A stretch of DNA of 64,000 nt. Source: Octopus vulgaris. Its lineage: Eukaryota. The position numbers and the translations under genes were made by a program. The notes beneath the pieces are model-generated. The model saw only the letters and a list, made by a program, of their open reading frames with translations. It was not told where the DNA came from and did no database searches. The stretch covers positions 6,820,001-6,884,000 of the forward strand of contig OX597837.1 of assembly GCA_951406725.2 (NCBI GenBank). Reading direction: 5' to 3'. Positions within the stretch are counted from its first letter, which is position 1, and each line of letters opens with the position of its first letter. Below, in pieces: positions 1 through 11,860 of this stretch.

Positions 1-205
1 CTAATTTGTATGTTCTGTTGGAGTGTTTCTTTAATTTCCGTTCCACCTTTCACATGGAGGCAGCCATTTCTTCATCAAATTTAATTTATTTTGAATTGCT
101 TATTGAGCCATCTCGTGATTAGTGCCTCGTTTTGAGGATGAATTAATGTGTCTATGTGAAGCATATTTCTGTCTGTTGTCTCCCACCTCTTTCTCTCTCC
201 CTCCT

Positions 206-246
<41 letters not shown>

Positions 247-258
247 GCATATATATAA

Positions 259-311
<53 letters not shown>

Positions 312-337
312 CACACACATATATATGTATGTTTATA

Positions 338-378
<41 letters not shown>

Positions 379-489
379 ATATATAACAATACATATATAT
401 ATATATATCCCCATACATAGGTAGTCACACATACACAGACACAGACACACACACGCACACACACAAACATATATGAATTTATGTATTTG

Positions 490-533
<44 letters not shown>

Positions 534-1287
534 TATATATATATGAACATATAAATTTATATATATATATATGTGTGTGTGTGTGTTTATGTGAATGTAT
601 GCATAAATATACATATATATGTATATATGTGTGTGTAAGAGAGAGAAGTTTGTTGTGTGTGTGTGTGCATGATTGTATGTGTATTTGTGTGTGTGCGTGT
701 GTTTGTAAGCTTGTGTGTTTGCCTCTACATATACATCTATATCATGATTACCGCATCGAAATGACACAGGAAATTAAAAGTATGTCATACGCATGCGTGC
801 ATGTTTGTGTGTGCGTAATTGTTTGTATGTGTGTGCATGCAAGTGTGTATATAAATCTGTGTGTGCACGCTCGCAAGCTTGTGTATATATGAAACTAAGC
901 TTACACAAATAATATATTAATATCATTAATATGCATCTATGTTCGTGGGCGTGTTTATTTTAATGTATGCGAGATGGTTCTGTCTTCTTCTGTCCTTTCC
1001 TTTTCGCCATCTCTAAGTTACTTTGCACGGAAAATCTATTTTCCATATATTTCTGCAATATTGGCTTCCATTTTTGTGCTAGGAAGTTGAGAAAAACTGC
1101 TTTCAAACGCATTTCTTTTTGGCCCTTAATTACTGCATTCAAATTCCACCGTGGTTAAGCTTGTCTTAACTGAGAACCTAACAAAACCTTAGGTCGATTG
1201 GCATCACGTAAAAGCCACATTTGAAAAGTTGCTTCTCTTGTACAAAAATAAGAAGCCATTGTATATATATATATATATAGGTATAAG

Positions 1288-1441
1288 CACGGAATTTCCG
1301 TCTACCAAATCCACTCACAAGGCTTTGGTCGGCCCAAGGCTATAGTAGAAGACACTTGCCCAAAGTTCCACGCAGTGAGACTGAACCCGGAACCATGTGG
1401 TTGGTAAGTAAGCTACTTACCACACAGCCACTACTGCGCCT
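1288..1441 (-). mobile_element. tRNA-derived SINE family A (head GGCGCAGGAGTGGCTGTGTGGTAAG)
   Basis: A-box and B-box-like head (GGTTCAGTC). Matches the copies at 18640 and 35717. Confidence 0.8.
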
Positions 1442-1519
1442 ATTTGTATATATATATATATACGCACAAATGTCTGCGTATTTATCTATCTACCTATGTA
1501 TATATATATATATATATAT

Positions 1520-1945
1520 ACAAAATTAAGAGGAATGACCACTAAAGTGGATACCTCATATGCTAAACATAGGCGTCAAATCTCCCATTACTACGCCAAC
1601 ATGTAAAATGCCAACATACAAAACGAAAAATTTCTGCAATACGCCAACATGCAAAACGCCAACACGTAAAAAAGAGCAAATGAAAATATACGAAATAAAA
1701 AACGGTTACCTACGTACCAATGGTTTCACTTGTTAATATCTACGATTGCAAACTCGCAGACATCTGCAAGACCGTCTGCGTAGTCTGTCGCTTACAAAAC
1801 ACAATTTCCAGAACAAGATACAGAACGCTCAACCGAAATCGAATATGTATAAAGTTCTACAAATTATATTTGGGTATATCTTTCAAATGTCTTCCCTTTG
1901 GCGCGCTATGGCCGGAAATTACTCTGCATTCATAAATAACATATA
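1520..1945 (-). mobile_element. Non-autonomous PLE-derived fragment beside (TA)n with decayed hammerhead (1712-1763)
   Basis: Terminal motif atgctaaacataggcgtcaa lies near the TA junction. The minus strand reads CUG-CGA...GAAACCAUUGGUA. Confidence 0.45.
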
Positions 1946-2153
1946 TTTATATTGCGGTGCCCCAGCATGGCCACAGCTCGTGAGCTGAAACTAGATAAAA
2001 TAAAAATAAAAATATATATGTATATGTATACCTCGGATATACTTGTTGCTTATTTTGATTGTAATCACCCCATGGATTTATATGGATAATACCATACAAA
2101 ATTCTGGTGCCTTTGACTTAAGTAACATATTCATCTGAATCTATATTTTGCTG

Positions 2154-2217
<64 letters not shown>

Positions 2218-2370
2218 GAGAGAGACAGAGACAGAGAGAGACAGACAGACAGACAGACGTACAGACAGACAGAGAAAGAAAGAGTGAGAGAGATACATGT
2301 GGAGATGTATACAGGCAAACAAATAAACAAATAGATAGATAGACGCATAGATAATTAGAAAGATAAATGT

Positions 2371-2425
<55 letters not shown>

Positions 2426-2455
2426 CATACATACATACATACATACATACATACA

Positions 2456-2489
<34 letters not shown>

Positions 2490-2923
2490 CATAGACAGAC
2501 AGACAAAAAATGTCGGAGAAAGGAGATGATTTAGAACAACCACAAGTGAAAGAACATGTCGTGTACTCAACAACGAATGTTTTTCTCCATATTCTGTTCT
2601 ATTCAATTCCTCCTGTGTTTGATGAGAAGATTTAAGAATAGCAGAATGTATATAAACAGAAATTGTTTCTTTAAATATTTAAATCTTTTCGCATAGGAAA
2701 ATTGGTAGAAAGAATTAATCACCTTTATTCCACCTTTATAAATGTTTTTTTTCTCGAATTACGAATTATCATCCTTCCTGTAAACATAAGAATGCTGGTG
2801 ATTGTGTGTGATTTGGTATTCAATTTGTGCGTGTCTTTCTCTGTTTGTGGAGGTGTGTGTGTGTGTCAGGGGGTGTTTGTCAATGCGATGTTGGACATTC
2901 ATTCTTGTTGTTCGACAGTTATG

Positions 2924-2992
<69 letters not shown>

Positions 2993-3015
2993 GTATATGT
3001 ATATATATATGTATA

Positions 3016-3109
<94 letters not shown>

Positions 3110-3375
3110 AATAGAGACACATAGCGAGAGAGAGAGAGAGAGATAGATAGATAGATAGATAGATAGATGAATGGATATATAGATACATACGTACACACAT
3201 ATATTCATGTATACGTATATGTATATATATATATATATATGCATGTACGTATATGTACATATGTAAATATATATATATGTATGTGTATATATATATGTAT
3301 TTATATATGTATATATATGCTTATATATATATGTATGTATATACGTATGTATGTGTGCATATAAGCATATATACA

Positions 3376-3419
<44 letters not shown>

Positions 3420-3950
3420 CATATAGACATAATATTTTAGGTGGCTATGTATTTTGACATGTATATTTATGCATACTTCTTTGTGTTTGTTCATTTGTGT
3501 GTGTAAATGCCATCGTATTTATATGAGAATACGTATATATGTCTGTGGCTGTTAGTTTGTTTGTTTACGCAGAGAAGGACGTGTTTATCCAAGAAGAAAA
3601 TTTGATGGAGGTCTTGTAGAATACATCGGTTTTGATGATATGAAGAATTATCTCGTGAATAAGGAAATGAGGCATGCGTATAGGATGTTATGTTGAACCT
3701 TGTGTGTTATTTTCTTTCCTTCTAATCTCCATTTCTTCGTGAATTGGTATGTGTAAGCATGCGTGTATATATGCATATATGCCTGCGTTCGTGTGTGTGT
3801 TTGTGTGTTTGTGTTTGTGTGAGTGTGTTTGTTTGTGTATGGGATATAAACAGAAAACAATTAATGGTGACGCGAAAATTTCATTACGTACGTTTCAATA
3901 ATCCTTTGGAGATCATCATTCTCAGATAAAAATATTGATATATGAGCGTG

Positions 3951-3997
<47 letters not shown>

Positions 3998-4077
3998 TGT
4001 GTGTGTGTATTTTTATACTAATATATATATATATACATATAGATATAAGTATATATATATATGTATATATATATATG

Positions 4078-4137
<60 letters not shown>

Positions 4138-5039
4138 GACACAGCCTCACGCACACATATATTGTGTAGGTAGGTATATATAAGTATATAAATGGAAGTA
4201 TTTTTATATATGTATATATATACATATATATATATATGTATTTATTTATTTATCTACTGCTCTTCACAAACAGTAGCATTGGCAATGATTTCGAAGTCAT
4301 TATTGAATTGTTTTTATTATAACTTAGCAAAAAAATAAACATCACCATACATCTATATCTAATTCCCTCTTCCGTCTTCCTCCAGCTCTCACCACCCCTC
4401 TCTATTTGTCTCTCTCTCTCTTCCTCTCTGTATGTATGTATATATGTATGTACGTATGTATGTATGTATGTATGTATGTATGTATGTATATGTACAAATG
4501 TATGTATGTATGTATGTATGTAAGTATATGTACAAATGTATATATATATATATATATATGATTGATTGATTCTAGTTTCAGCTCATGTGCTGTGACCTTG
4601 CTGGGGCACCGCCATATATATATAAACGTGTCGAAGCACTTGTTGTATTCTATGCTGTGCTTGACATTTTTGAGAATTTAGTATTTCGTAGCCTAGCGGC
4701 GACTCGTACCTCTTTCTTGAAGGTGATTAATCAGAAAGTGTGCTTATGACCATGAATTGGTGTGTGTGTCTGTAATTCAAACGTGAACATCGTCGGTTAA
4801 TCTCAATTTTAGTTGATGAAATCGTTCTCGGTATACGACTGGTATCAAGATTTATTTTATCGCTGCCGGAACGATGAACGAGTATGTTGATTAAGATAGA
4901 ATCTGAAAGGACGGCATGATTAAGCAAATACCAAGCGGTCTTTTCTCCGACACTATGATATCTGCCAAACGGCCAATGTATCTCAGCGCTTATATTTATG
5001 TATGTGTATATGCTTGAATCCAAGTATATTCTATCTCTC

Positions 5040-5110
<71 letters not shown>

Positions 5111-5130
5111 CTCTTTATATATATATATAT

Positions 5131-5547
5131 AACCATATCAAAGGGAAATGGAATTTAATTACAATTAAAAACATTTAATTAAAATTTACATTTCCAGTGG
5201 TCTAACGTGTAAAAAAATTTTGTCAAAAAGACTATATATTAGTCATACGATATAGTGTATATTTAAACACATAAGGAATCCACTTATAGGGATTCTACAT
5301 GCTAGAAATAACAGCTAGGTTCTATAACCACAAAAATTGGGGGATAAAATTCGACAGGAATAAATTTGGAAATGAAAAACATTTGAAGTAGATGGTAAAT
5401 ATTTTTCATTTCCAAATTTATTCCTGTCAAATTTATCCCCCAATTTTTGTGGTTATAGAACCTAGCTGTTCTTTCTAGCATGTAGAATCCCTATAAGTGG
5501 TTTCCTTATGTGTTTAAATATACACTATATCGTATGACTAATATATA
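5131..5547. mobile_element. Foldback element: ~147-bp inverted arms (5233-5379, 5402-5547) plus one-sided tail
   Basis: The arms are near-perfect reverse complements and contain CATGCTAGAAATAACAGC. TA repeats flank the element. Confidence 0.8.
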
Positions 5548-5548
5548 T

Positions 5549-5992
5549 TTATAACAATGAGGGTCTTTGCAACAAGTTGCTAGACCACATACCGAAAGTA
5601 TTAGAAATAGCAGCCAGAGGACTGTTATTTCTTTTACTACAAAAATATGTCCCTACAGTCAACAGTATTTGTAACTCATTATATGGCAAAAAGAAACGAA
5701 GAAAAATAACGAAATCAAACAGTCCACGGTCAATTATGGACGCGCACGTTTCTGGATTAGAATCAAAGATTCATTTCCTTTATCAACATAATATTCCGAT
5801 AAATAAATCTAGAAATGCTAGGAAATCTTACCCTCCATATTTCCGACCAGGCGACATCGGGGCATACAGAAGCTAATCAGCATATCCACATTTATATAGA
5901 CAAGTGAATTCGTATCCCTCTCCAGAATTTCTACCACGTGAGTCACAACATAATACTGCCGAAAATAAATTCGTAGTTCTGTCGTAGGGGAG

Positions 5993-5996
<4 letters not shown>
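5549..5996 (-). mobile_element. Non-autonomous HHR-bearing element
   Basis: Contains the HHR at 5733-5792 and the motif GTATTAGAAATAGCAGC at 5598. It ends in (TA)n. Confidence 0.65.
5733..5792 (-). ncRNA. Minimal type I hammerhead ribozyme, U3-A8 core variant
   Basis: AUUAUG-UUGAUAA-AGGAAAUGAAUC(UUU)GAUUCUAAUCCA-GAAA-CGUGCGCG-UC-CAUAAU. Perfect 6-bp stem I, near-palindromic stem III and a GUC site. Confidence 0.8.
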
Positions 5997-6029
<33 letters not shown>

Positions 6030-6039
<10 letters not shown>

Positions 6040-6406
6040 GGCAGTTTGTCTGTGCGTTTTCTGTGTGTCTGTTTTCTCGTACCCTCACCCTGACCACGGC
6101 TTTCAACCGATTCTGATGAAACTTGACACACACATAGCCCAATGTCATAATTCAAAACTAACGCAGCGAAAATTTTGAAAAGTTCCCCCAGTTCTGAAAA
6201 AAATCGATAAATTCGACATGGGGTCGAGAATCAGAAAGCCAAACCACAGACCATCTAGGGGACGCAACTACACCTTTTTTAACTCTCAAAAAAAATTTAC
6301 CATCATTTTTTTTCCATTTTTTTGCTATTTTTGGGCTATAACTCTCTAAAAATGCTTTATAGTTATTTCCCTTACAAACCTGAGCAACGCCGGGCGATAC
6401 TGCTAG
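6030..6406 (+). mobile_element. Non-autonomous Helitron-like element, copy 1
   Basis: Near-identical to 33643-34014. Ends in a GC-rich subterminal hairpin (cctgagcaacgccggg) followed by CTAG|T. The 5' end is buried in (TA)n. Confidence 0.75.
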
Positions 6407-6943
6407 TATATATATATATATATATATATATTAGTACTGCTGCTTAAAGATTGAAAGACAAGAATTCATATCAAACTAGATGCTGTTGAGAAGCAATCTC
6501 CCTACCATACAGCCACGCCTGCGAGCTTCTAAACAGTTCCCGTCTAAACCCTAATTTCACTCTCAACGCATCGGTCAGTCCGGAGTCATTGTAATAAACA
6601 CCTGTCCAAGGTGCGACGCAATGGGCATGAACGAGTACCTTCGTGTCTCCGAAGCGACGCCTCCGTTATACAACCATATATCATAAACGTTGACAGTTGC
6701 ACATAGGTTTCACCTTGCTGCCTGCAAACACCTCTCACTGTAACAACCGGTGTGAAACTTATAAGTAACTGTCACCTTTTCTCGTGTATAAAGAAAATAT
6801 TTATTTCATACTATTTTTCATTTTGAGTTGTACATTAGCTGACATTTTATTACTGTGTGACATATATACATATATGTATGTATGCTAAATGCAACGTACT
6901 ACAAACGCATATATATTTATCCATGTATCTGTCTATCTGTCTG

Positions 6944-7020
<77 letters not shown>

Positions 7021-7024
7021 TTAT

Positions 7025-7068
<44 letters not shown>

Positions 7069-7076
<8 letters not shown>

Positions 7077-7546
7077 ATATTTCGGAATGGTCATATTGCC
7101 AGTTTAGCCAATAAAAACACACGCACTATATATTTGGTGTTATTTTGCTTCAGTGATATTTATTTTTTACATTAATCTTAATCTTATTTCGGCCAAAGTT
7201 CTTTCGTCACACTCCTGTGACCGCATCAGTGGTCCTTTGTTTTCTTCTCACTTACTTGTGTCTCTCCTTACTAACCGTCAGCCATTTTGTATTTCTATTG
7301 TATGTCTTCATTTGCACATGCTTATATCTCTATGTGCGTCTATGTTTATTTAGTGTGTGTGGGGGGGGATGCCTGTAATAGTTGTATCTTCTGGTTATAT
7401 ACATTCTTGTAATTTGTATTTTGTTTTTGTTGTTGTTGCTTTTGTTCTAATTTTGTTCATGTGTTTACATCCACCCATTATTATCATTACATATGCTTGT
7501 ATGTATGTATAACAACAATATTAGTAATAATAATAATAAATCTAAT
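7069..7546 (-). repeat. PLE 3' pseudo-LTR (left arm of inverted repeat)
   Basis: Reverse complement of 11346-11824. By eye there are only about two substitutions and one GT/G-run length change. Confidence 0.92.
7191..7235 (-). ncRNA. Variant minimal type I hammerhead ribozyme in PLE 3' pLTR (sense to ORF)
   Basis: GGACCA-CUGAUGCG-GUCACA(GGAG)UGUGAC-GAAA-GAAC-UU-UGGCC. Stem II is a perfect 6 bp, stem I is CCA/UGG and stem III is minimal. The core deviates from CUGANGA. Confidence 0.6.
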
Positions 7547-7743
7547 CGAGAAAAAAAAAAAAAAAAGAATATACATATACATATATATATATACATACAT
7601 ATACATATACATATATATACATATATACACACATATATACACATATACATATACATATATATACACATATACATATATATAGATATTCATTTCTATTTCT
7701 TTAATTACCTGTGTATTTATTATGTTTGCAGGATCCACTATTG

Positions 7744-10700
7744 TCATATGTTGTGGTGTGCGCTATTACTCCATTCTAGTTTTCTATTCAGGCTAGGTTT
7801 ATTTTCTATTATATGTGTAGCTTCTGTAATTTGTCTAATTGTTGCATCTGTTCTATGTGTGGACAATATCTTAATCTCTATGTTATTGATTGATCCCCCG
7901 TGTTCTTGTTCGGCGTGTTGGTACAGAATCGATGAGCTTTTACCTTCCTTGAGTTGTCTCCAATGTACATTCACCCGCTCACCAATGCTTCTTGCAGTTT
8001 CCCCTACGTATGTTACTGTCTTGTTACTGCATCGTCCCTCTATACATCTTATACTATAGACCACATTTCTGGCTTTACAGTTCGTTTGTGGGCTAAATCT
8101 ACATACAGTGCAATAGTTTTCCGTACAGAGAGTTCTACTAAAAGGATAGGTTCTACCAATTATAGATCTGATAGGGTTGCCTGGCTTTTCAACAACCTTA
8201 ATTCTTAGTTTAAGTTTATCTAGGGTCCTTCTAAAGCGGTACGCTAGTTCACCTCCAGGGGTGGTGTCAACGAACTTGACACTCTGGTATTTATGGCTAT
8301 CATACCAAGAGTTGGCCTTCCTTATTTTCTTTTTTGTCCTTTCTATAGTGTTCCATGACTTGTTCCTATATAGTGGGCAAATCCCATTCCTATCATTACA
8401 TAATATATTATCAAATTTCTTCATGGCTCCTTTGTATACTCTGATCCTTTCTTTATGGCTGTAACCTGAGAACTGCATGCGGTGAATGAAATACTGTATG
8501 TGTCTCTTTAATTCTGTAGGCTCGCACATGCGTGACACATTTCTCATTATTCTGACGAGGTCTGCCACCAAAATATTGAATTTGGCATTGCCCGCAATGG
8601 CTGAGTTCCGGTGGATCAGGTATTTTGAGGCCATAGGTTTTGCATAGTATGAATGAAGGATTTGGGTTTTATTTTTCACAATTTCTAGCCAGAGTTCAGT
8701 GTCTAGTACTGGTAGTCTATGGTTGGGGTGTTTAGTGGGGTAGTCTATTGTGACCTTAATACTCTGGTGGATGGAGTTAGCTATTTGCTGGATGCTCTCC
8801 ATAGTATTAGTTTCTATTACTATATCAACAGTACTCTCTTGTGGGGGTGCCTTTACTACTATATTGATATCATCAACATAGCGAGAGTACATGTTTACGA
8901 GTATGGATTTCTGCAGTAGGCATTCTTTAAGCCTTCTGTCCCACCATACCATGAAGAGGTTGGCCACATCACCAGCGATACTAACACCGATGGCTGCCCC
9001 CTCGTCCTGGGCATATATTTTATTATTAAATTTAAATGTGTGGCCTTTTAGGGTAACTCTTATACTAGCTCCTAGTGCATGTGCGATCATTTTCTTTACC
9101 TGATGGACATTTGCGGGGCTCCGTATGGCTCTGGTCCATCCGCGCCATCTTTCTATATGTGTCTTCCTAGCCATAGAAGTAATTGTAGGCGGTCTACCTC
9201 TTAAACATCTACTGGGGCAGAAACTACTAAGATTATGTTTATCTAAGTATTCACTATTATATGTCAGTCTAAGTAGGAGGCCCAGTTCTTCTGTGTCGAC
9301 ATTACAGAACTCCACCTGGCTCTCGTTGATCATCTCCACGCACTTCTCCACTGCAAAATCTACGTCAATCGATGGGTATAGGGATACCACATCCATGCTA
9401 CCTACTATACATCCTGTCAAGTCACAAGTTTTGTTACAGTCACTGATCCTGCTTAGGAGATCTTCTGTGCTGTCACATACATCAGGTGACATCCTGATTA
9501 TAGGGCGTATGATCATTGAGAGGAAGTAGGAGATTCTGTAATTGCTAGCGATATTCGCTCCACAGACTGGTCTTGTTGGTGGTCCTGCTATAGGGTCAGT
9601 AAAACCTTTATGGTCCTTGCGAAGTCCATACAGTGCCGGGATATCATTGTTCCAGGCTTGGAAATTCTTTGCAGTACGTTTCTGAGGTCCCAGAACAATT
9701 GTCCACATCATCATGTGGGCATTGAGGACCTTTTCTCTCTCCTCATGCGCCTGTACAGTTGTTACTTTTGTATTGGCGATATGAGGTTGCATTGCCTGGA
9801 TGTAGTTCGGTAAGCTGTCTATTGACATCCTGCCGGACTTATCCGTGGGAAGGCATATCACCTCTCCGTTCCTCGTGCGCTGAATGAGCTTCTGTAGGCC
9901 ACATGCAGGTTTAATCCCTAGTTGTTGGGCATCTGTCTTATTCTGTCTCTGTCTCTTAATGTATAAACCTAAAATCTGTCTAAGTTTGGTCCTAGCTATA
10001 GTGAACTGTGCTTCCATGTGGTCATTAGTACGTCTTGGGATGTATACCCTTTTGTTGAAGGGTAATGTTGTTGGATAAATTCGGTTCATGCAGTAAGTTT
10101 TGTCGCATACGTTGAAGAATTGAGTGTCAAAGGGATGGGTATACATGTCAATGGTCTCTCTAGGGTTATCTTCATTATCGTTACTGTTTCCAACATCAGC
10201 CTTCCTATTATTATTATCACCATTACCACTACTACTACTACTAGTATTCCTATTACCACCACAACTATCACTACTATCCTCATTACTACTTCTACTGTTA
10301 CCATCACCACTACTACTACCACTATTATTGTTATTACCTTTATTCCTACCATTGCCATTATTACTATCATCGCTAGTGATATATTCATTGTTCCTGTTTC
10401 TGGTATATGTGTTGTTTATATTAGTGTTGGGTTTTATGTCTGTCTGTTGGTCCCTGTCAATCCCCTTGTTGCGGTCGTTATTTTTGTTCCTATGAGTATT
10501 GTTATCTGTTTTAAGTCCGCTGACTCCCTGTCCAAGGATCCTGTTGCATTCAACTTTATTCTCCATCGTGACCCCTATGACCCAACTTTTATTCGTGTTT
10601 TTGTGACTATGGCTATCTGTGTGTGTGTTTGTGTGTCGGTTCTCCCTATAATTGTTGTTGTTGTTGCTGTTGTATACGATTTTTCTCTCTCTGTTTGTGT

Positions 10701-11274
10701 TTTTGTTTTTGTATCTATTGTTTGTGTCTATGCATACATTTTTTCTATTGTTATTGTTGTTGTCACCGTTAGGGTTCGTGTTGTTGTTGTTGTTGCCGCT
10801 GTTAGGGTTCGTGTTGCTTTTGTTGCTACGGTTGTTATTGTTGCGGTCATTATTGTTTGTGTTGTTGTTGCTGCGGTTAGTGTTTTTCGCGTTGTTGTTG
10901 TTGTCGCAAGTGTTGTTGTCATAGTATCTATTTAAATTCCAACGTATTTTTGTGAACGACTTTTCAATCTCGGACAGGCATTTGATGGTATTCACTTTAC
11001 TATACACTGCATACTTTGGTGGTAGTTGAAGTATCGATATTTCATCTGGGTCCGTTGTTACTCCCCCATAGATGTTCGCTTCATTGTCTTTATTGAACTC
11101 TTCTGGTAGTAGCACATCTTCCATAATAATTCCATTTATTGTATCTGGATACTTCTGCTTTTCTTCCTTTGCGAGCTCATATTGACGTTTCTGTTTCAAC
11201 CACGATAACTTCCTCTTAAAATGGATATTGCATTGGTGTATTACATGTCTGTTTTCTTCATATATTATATCCAT
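7744..11274 (-). CDS. Penelope-like retroelement polyprotein: RT plus C-terminal GIY-YIG endonuclease (probably N-terminally truncated)
   Basis: Uninterrupted 1176-aa ORF. RT motifs: PTDKSG, RPVCGA, SMDVVSLYPSI (A), QDEGAAIG (B'), YSRYVDD (C), LPVLD (E). PLE-type thumb YYAKPM..YLIHRNSA and RMQFSGYS. A Cys-rich linker precedes NVVYSIRC..C..YVGETARSIGERVNVH..H...E..LN (GIY-YIG with CCHH). Confidence 0.95.
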   Translation of the reverse strand: MDIIYEENRHVIHQCNIHFKRKLSWLKQKRQYELAKEEKQKYPDTINGIIMEDVLLPEEFNKDNEANIYGGVTTDPDEISILQLPPKYAVYSKVNTIKCLSEIEKSFTKIRWNLNRYYDNNTCDNNNNAKNTNRSNNNTNNNDRNNNNRSNKSNTNPNSGNNNNNTNPNGDNNNNNRKNVCIDTNNRYKNKNTNRERKIVYNSNNNNNYRENRHTNTHTDSHSHKNTNKSWVIGVTMENKVECNRILGQGVSGLKTDNNTHRNKNNDRNKGIDRDQQTDIKPNTNINNTYTRNRNNEYITSDDSNNGNGRNKGNNNNSGSSSGDGNSRSSNEDSSDSCGGNRNTSSSSSGNGDNNNRKADVGNSNDNEDNPRETIDMYTHPFDTQFFNVCDKTYCMNRIYPTTLPFNKRVYIPRRTNDHMEAQFTIARTKLRQILGLYIKRQRQNKTDAQQLGIKPACGLQKLIQRTRNGEVICLPTDKSGRMSIDSLPNYIQAMQPHIANTKVTTVQAHEEREKVLNAHMMMWTIVLGPQKRTAKNFQAWNNDIPALYGLRKDHKGFTDPIAGPPTRPVCGANIASNYRISYFLSMIIRPIIRMSPDVCDSTEDLLSRISDCNKTCDLTGCIVGSMDVVSLYPSIDVDFAVEKCVEMINESQVEFCNVDTEELGLLLRLTYNSEYLDKHNLSSFCPSRCLRGRPPTITSMARKTHIERWRGWTRAIRSPANVHQVKKMIAHALGASIRVTLKGHTFKFNNKIYAQDEGAAIGVSIAGDVANLFMVWWDRRLKECLLQKSILVNMYSRYVDDINIVVKAPPQESTVDIVIETNTMESIQQIANSIHQSIKVTIDYPTKHPNHRLPVLDTELWLEIVKNKTQILHSYYAKPMASKYLIHRNSAIAGNAKFNILVADLVRIMRNVSRMCEPTELKRHIQYFIHRMQFSGYSHKERIRVYKGAMKKFDNILCNDRNGICPLYRNKSWNTIERTKKKIRKANSWYDSHKYQSVKFVDTTPGGELAYRFRRTLDKLKLRIKVVEKPGNPIRSIIGRTYPFSRTLCTENYCTVCRFSPQTNCKARNVVYSIRCIEGRCSNKTVTYVGETARSIGERVNVHWRQLKEGKSSSILYQHAEQEHGGSINNIEIKILSTHRTDATIRQITEATHIIENKPSLNRKLEWSNSAHHNI

Positions 11275-11345
11275 TATTAAGGTTTTCTCCTTTCGTGTGG
11301 TGATACTTTTAATTTCTTTTAAAAATATACGTTTACGCTTCTCTT

Positions 11346-11824
11346 ATTAGATTTATTATTATTATTACTAATATTGTTGTTATACATACATACAAGCATA
11401 TGTAATGATAATAATGGGTGGATGTAGACACATGAACAAAATTAGAACAAAAGCAACAACAACAAAAACAAAATACAAATTACAAGAATGTATATAACCA
11501 GAAGATACAAATATTACAGGCATCCCCCCCACACACACACTAAATAAACATAGACGCACATAGAGATATAAGCATGTGCAAATGAAGACATACAATAGAA
11601 ATACAAAATGGCTGACGGTTAGTAAGGAGAGACACAAGTAAGTGAGAAGAAAACAAAGGACCACTGATGCGGTCACAGGAGTGTGACGAAAGAACTTTGG
11701 CCGAAATAAGATTAAGATTAATGTAAAAAATAAATATCACTGAAGCAAAATAACACCAAATATATAGTGCGTGTGTTTTTATTGGCTAAACTGGCAATAT
11801 GACCATTCCGAAATATAACAATAT
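11346..11824 (+). repeat. Inverted copy of PLE pseudo-LTR (right arm)
   Basis: Reverse complement of 7069-7546. The same 66-aa spurious ORF appears on opposite strands in the ORF track (7153+, 11540-). Confidence 0.92.
11658..11702 (+). ncRNA. Second copy of the variant hammerhead in the inverted pLTR
   Basis: Identical motif ggaccactgatgcggtcacaggagtgtgacgaaagaactttggcc on the + strand. Confidence 0.6.
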
Positions 11825-11860
11825 CTGTTTCAACACACGACTTCACATAAAAAATCTTGC

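Noticed and set aside
7072-7095. TATTTCGGAATG in the PLE pLTR resembling the shared subterminal motif
   Set aside because: It is in the opposite orientation relative to the hammerhead, so it is probably coincidental.
10086-10935. Additional overlapping ORFs within the PLE
   Set aside because: Shadows of the low-complexity tract in other frames or on the other strand.
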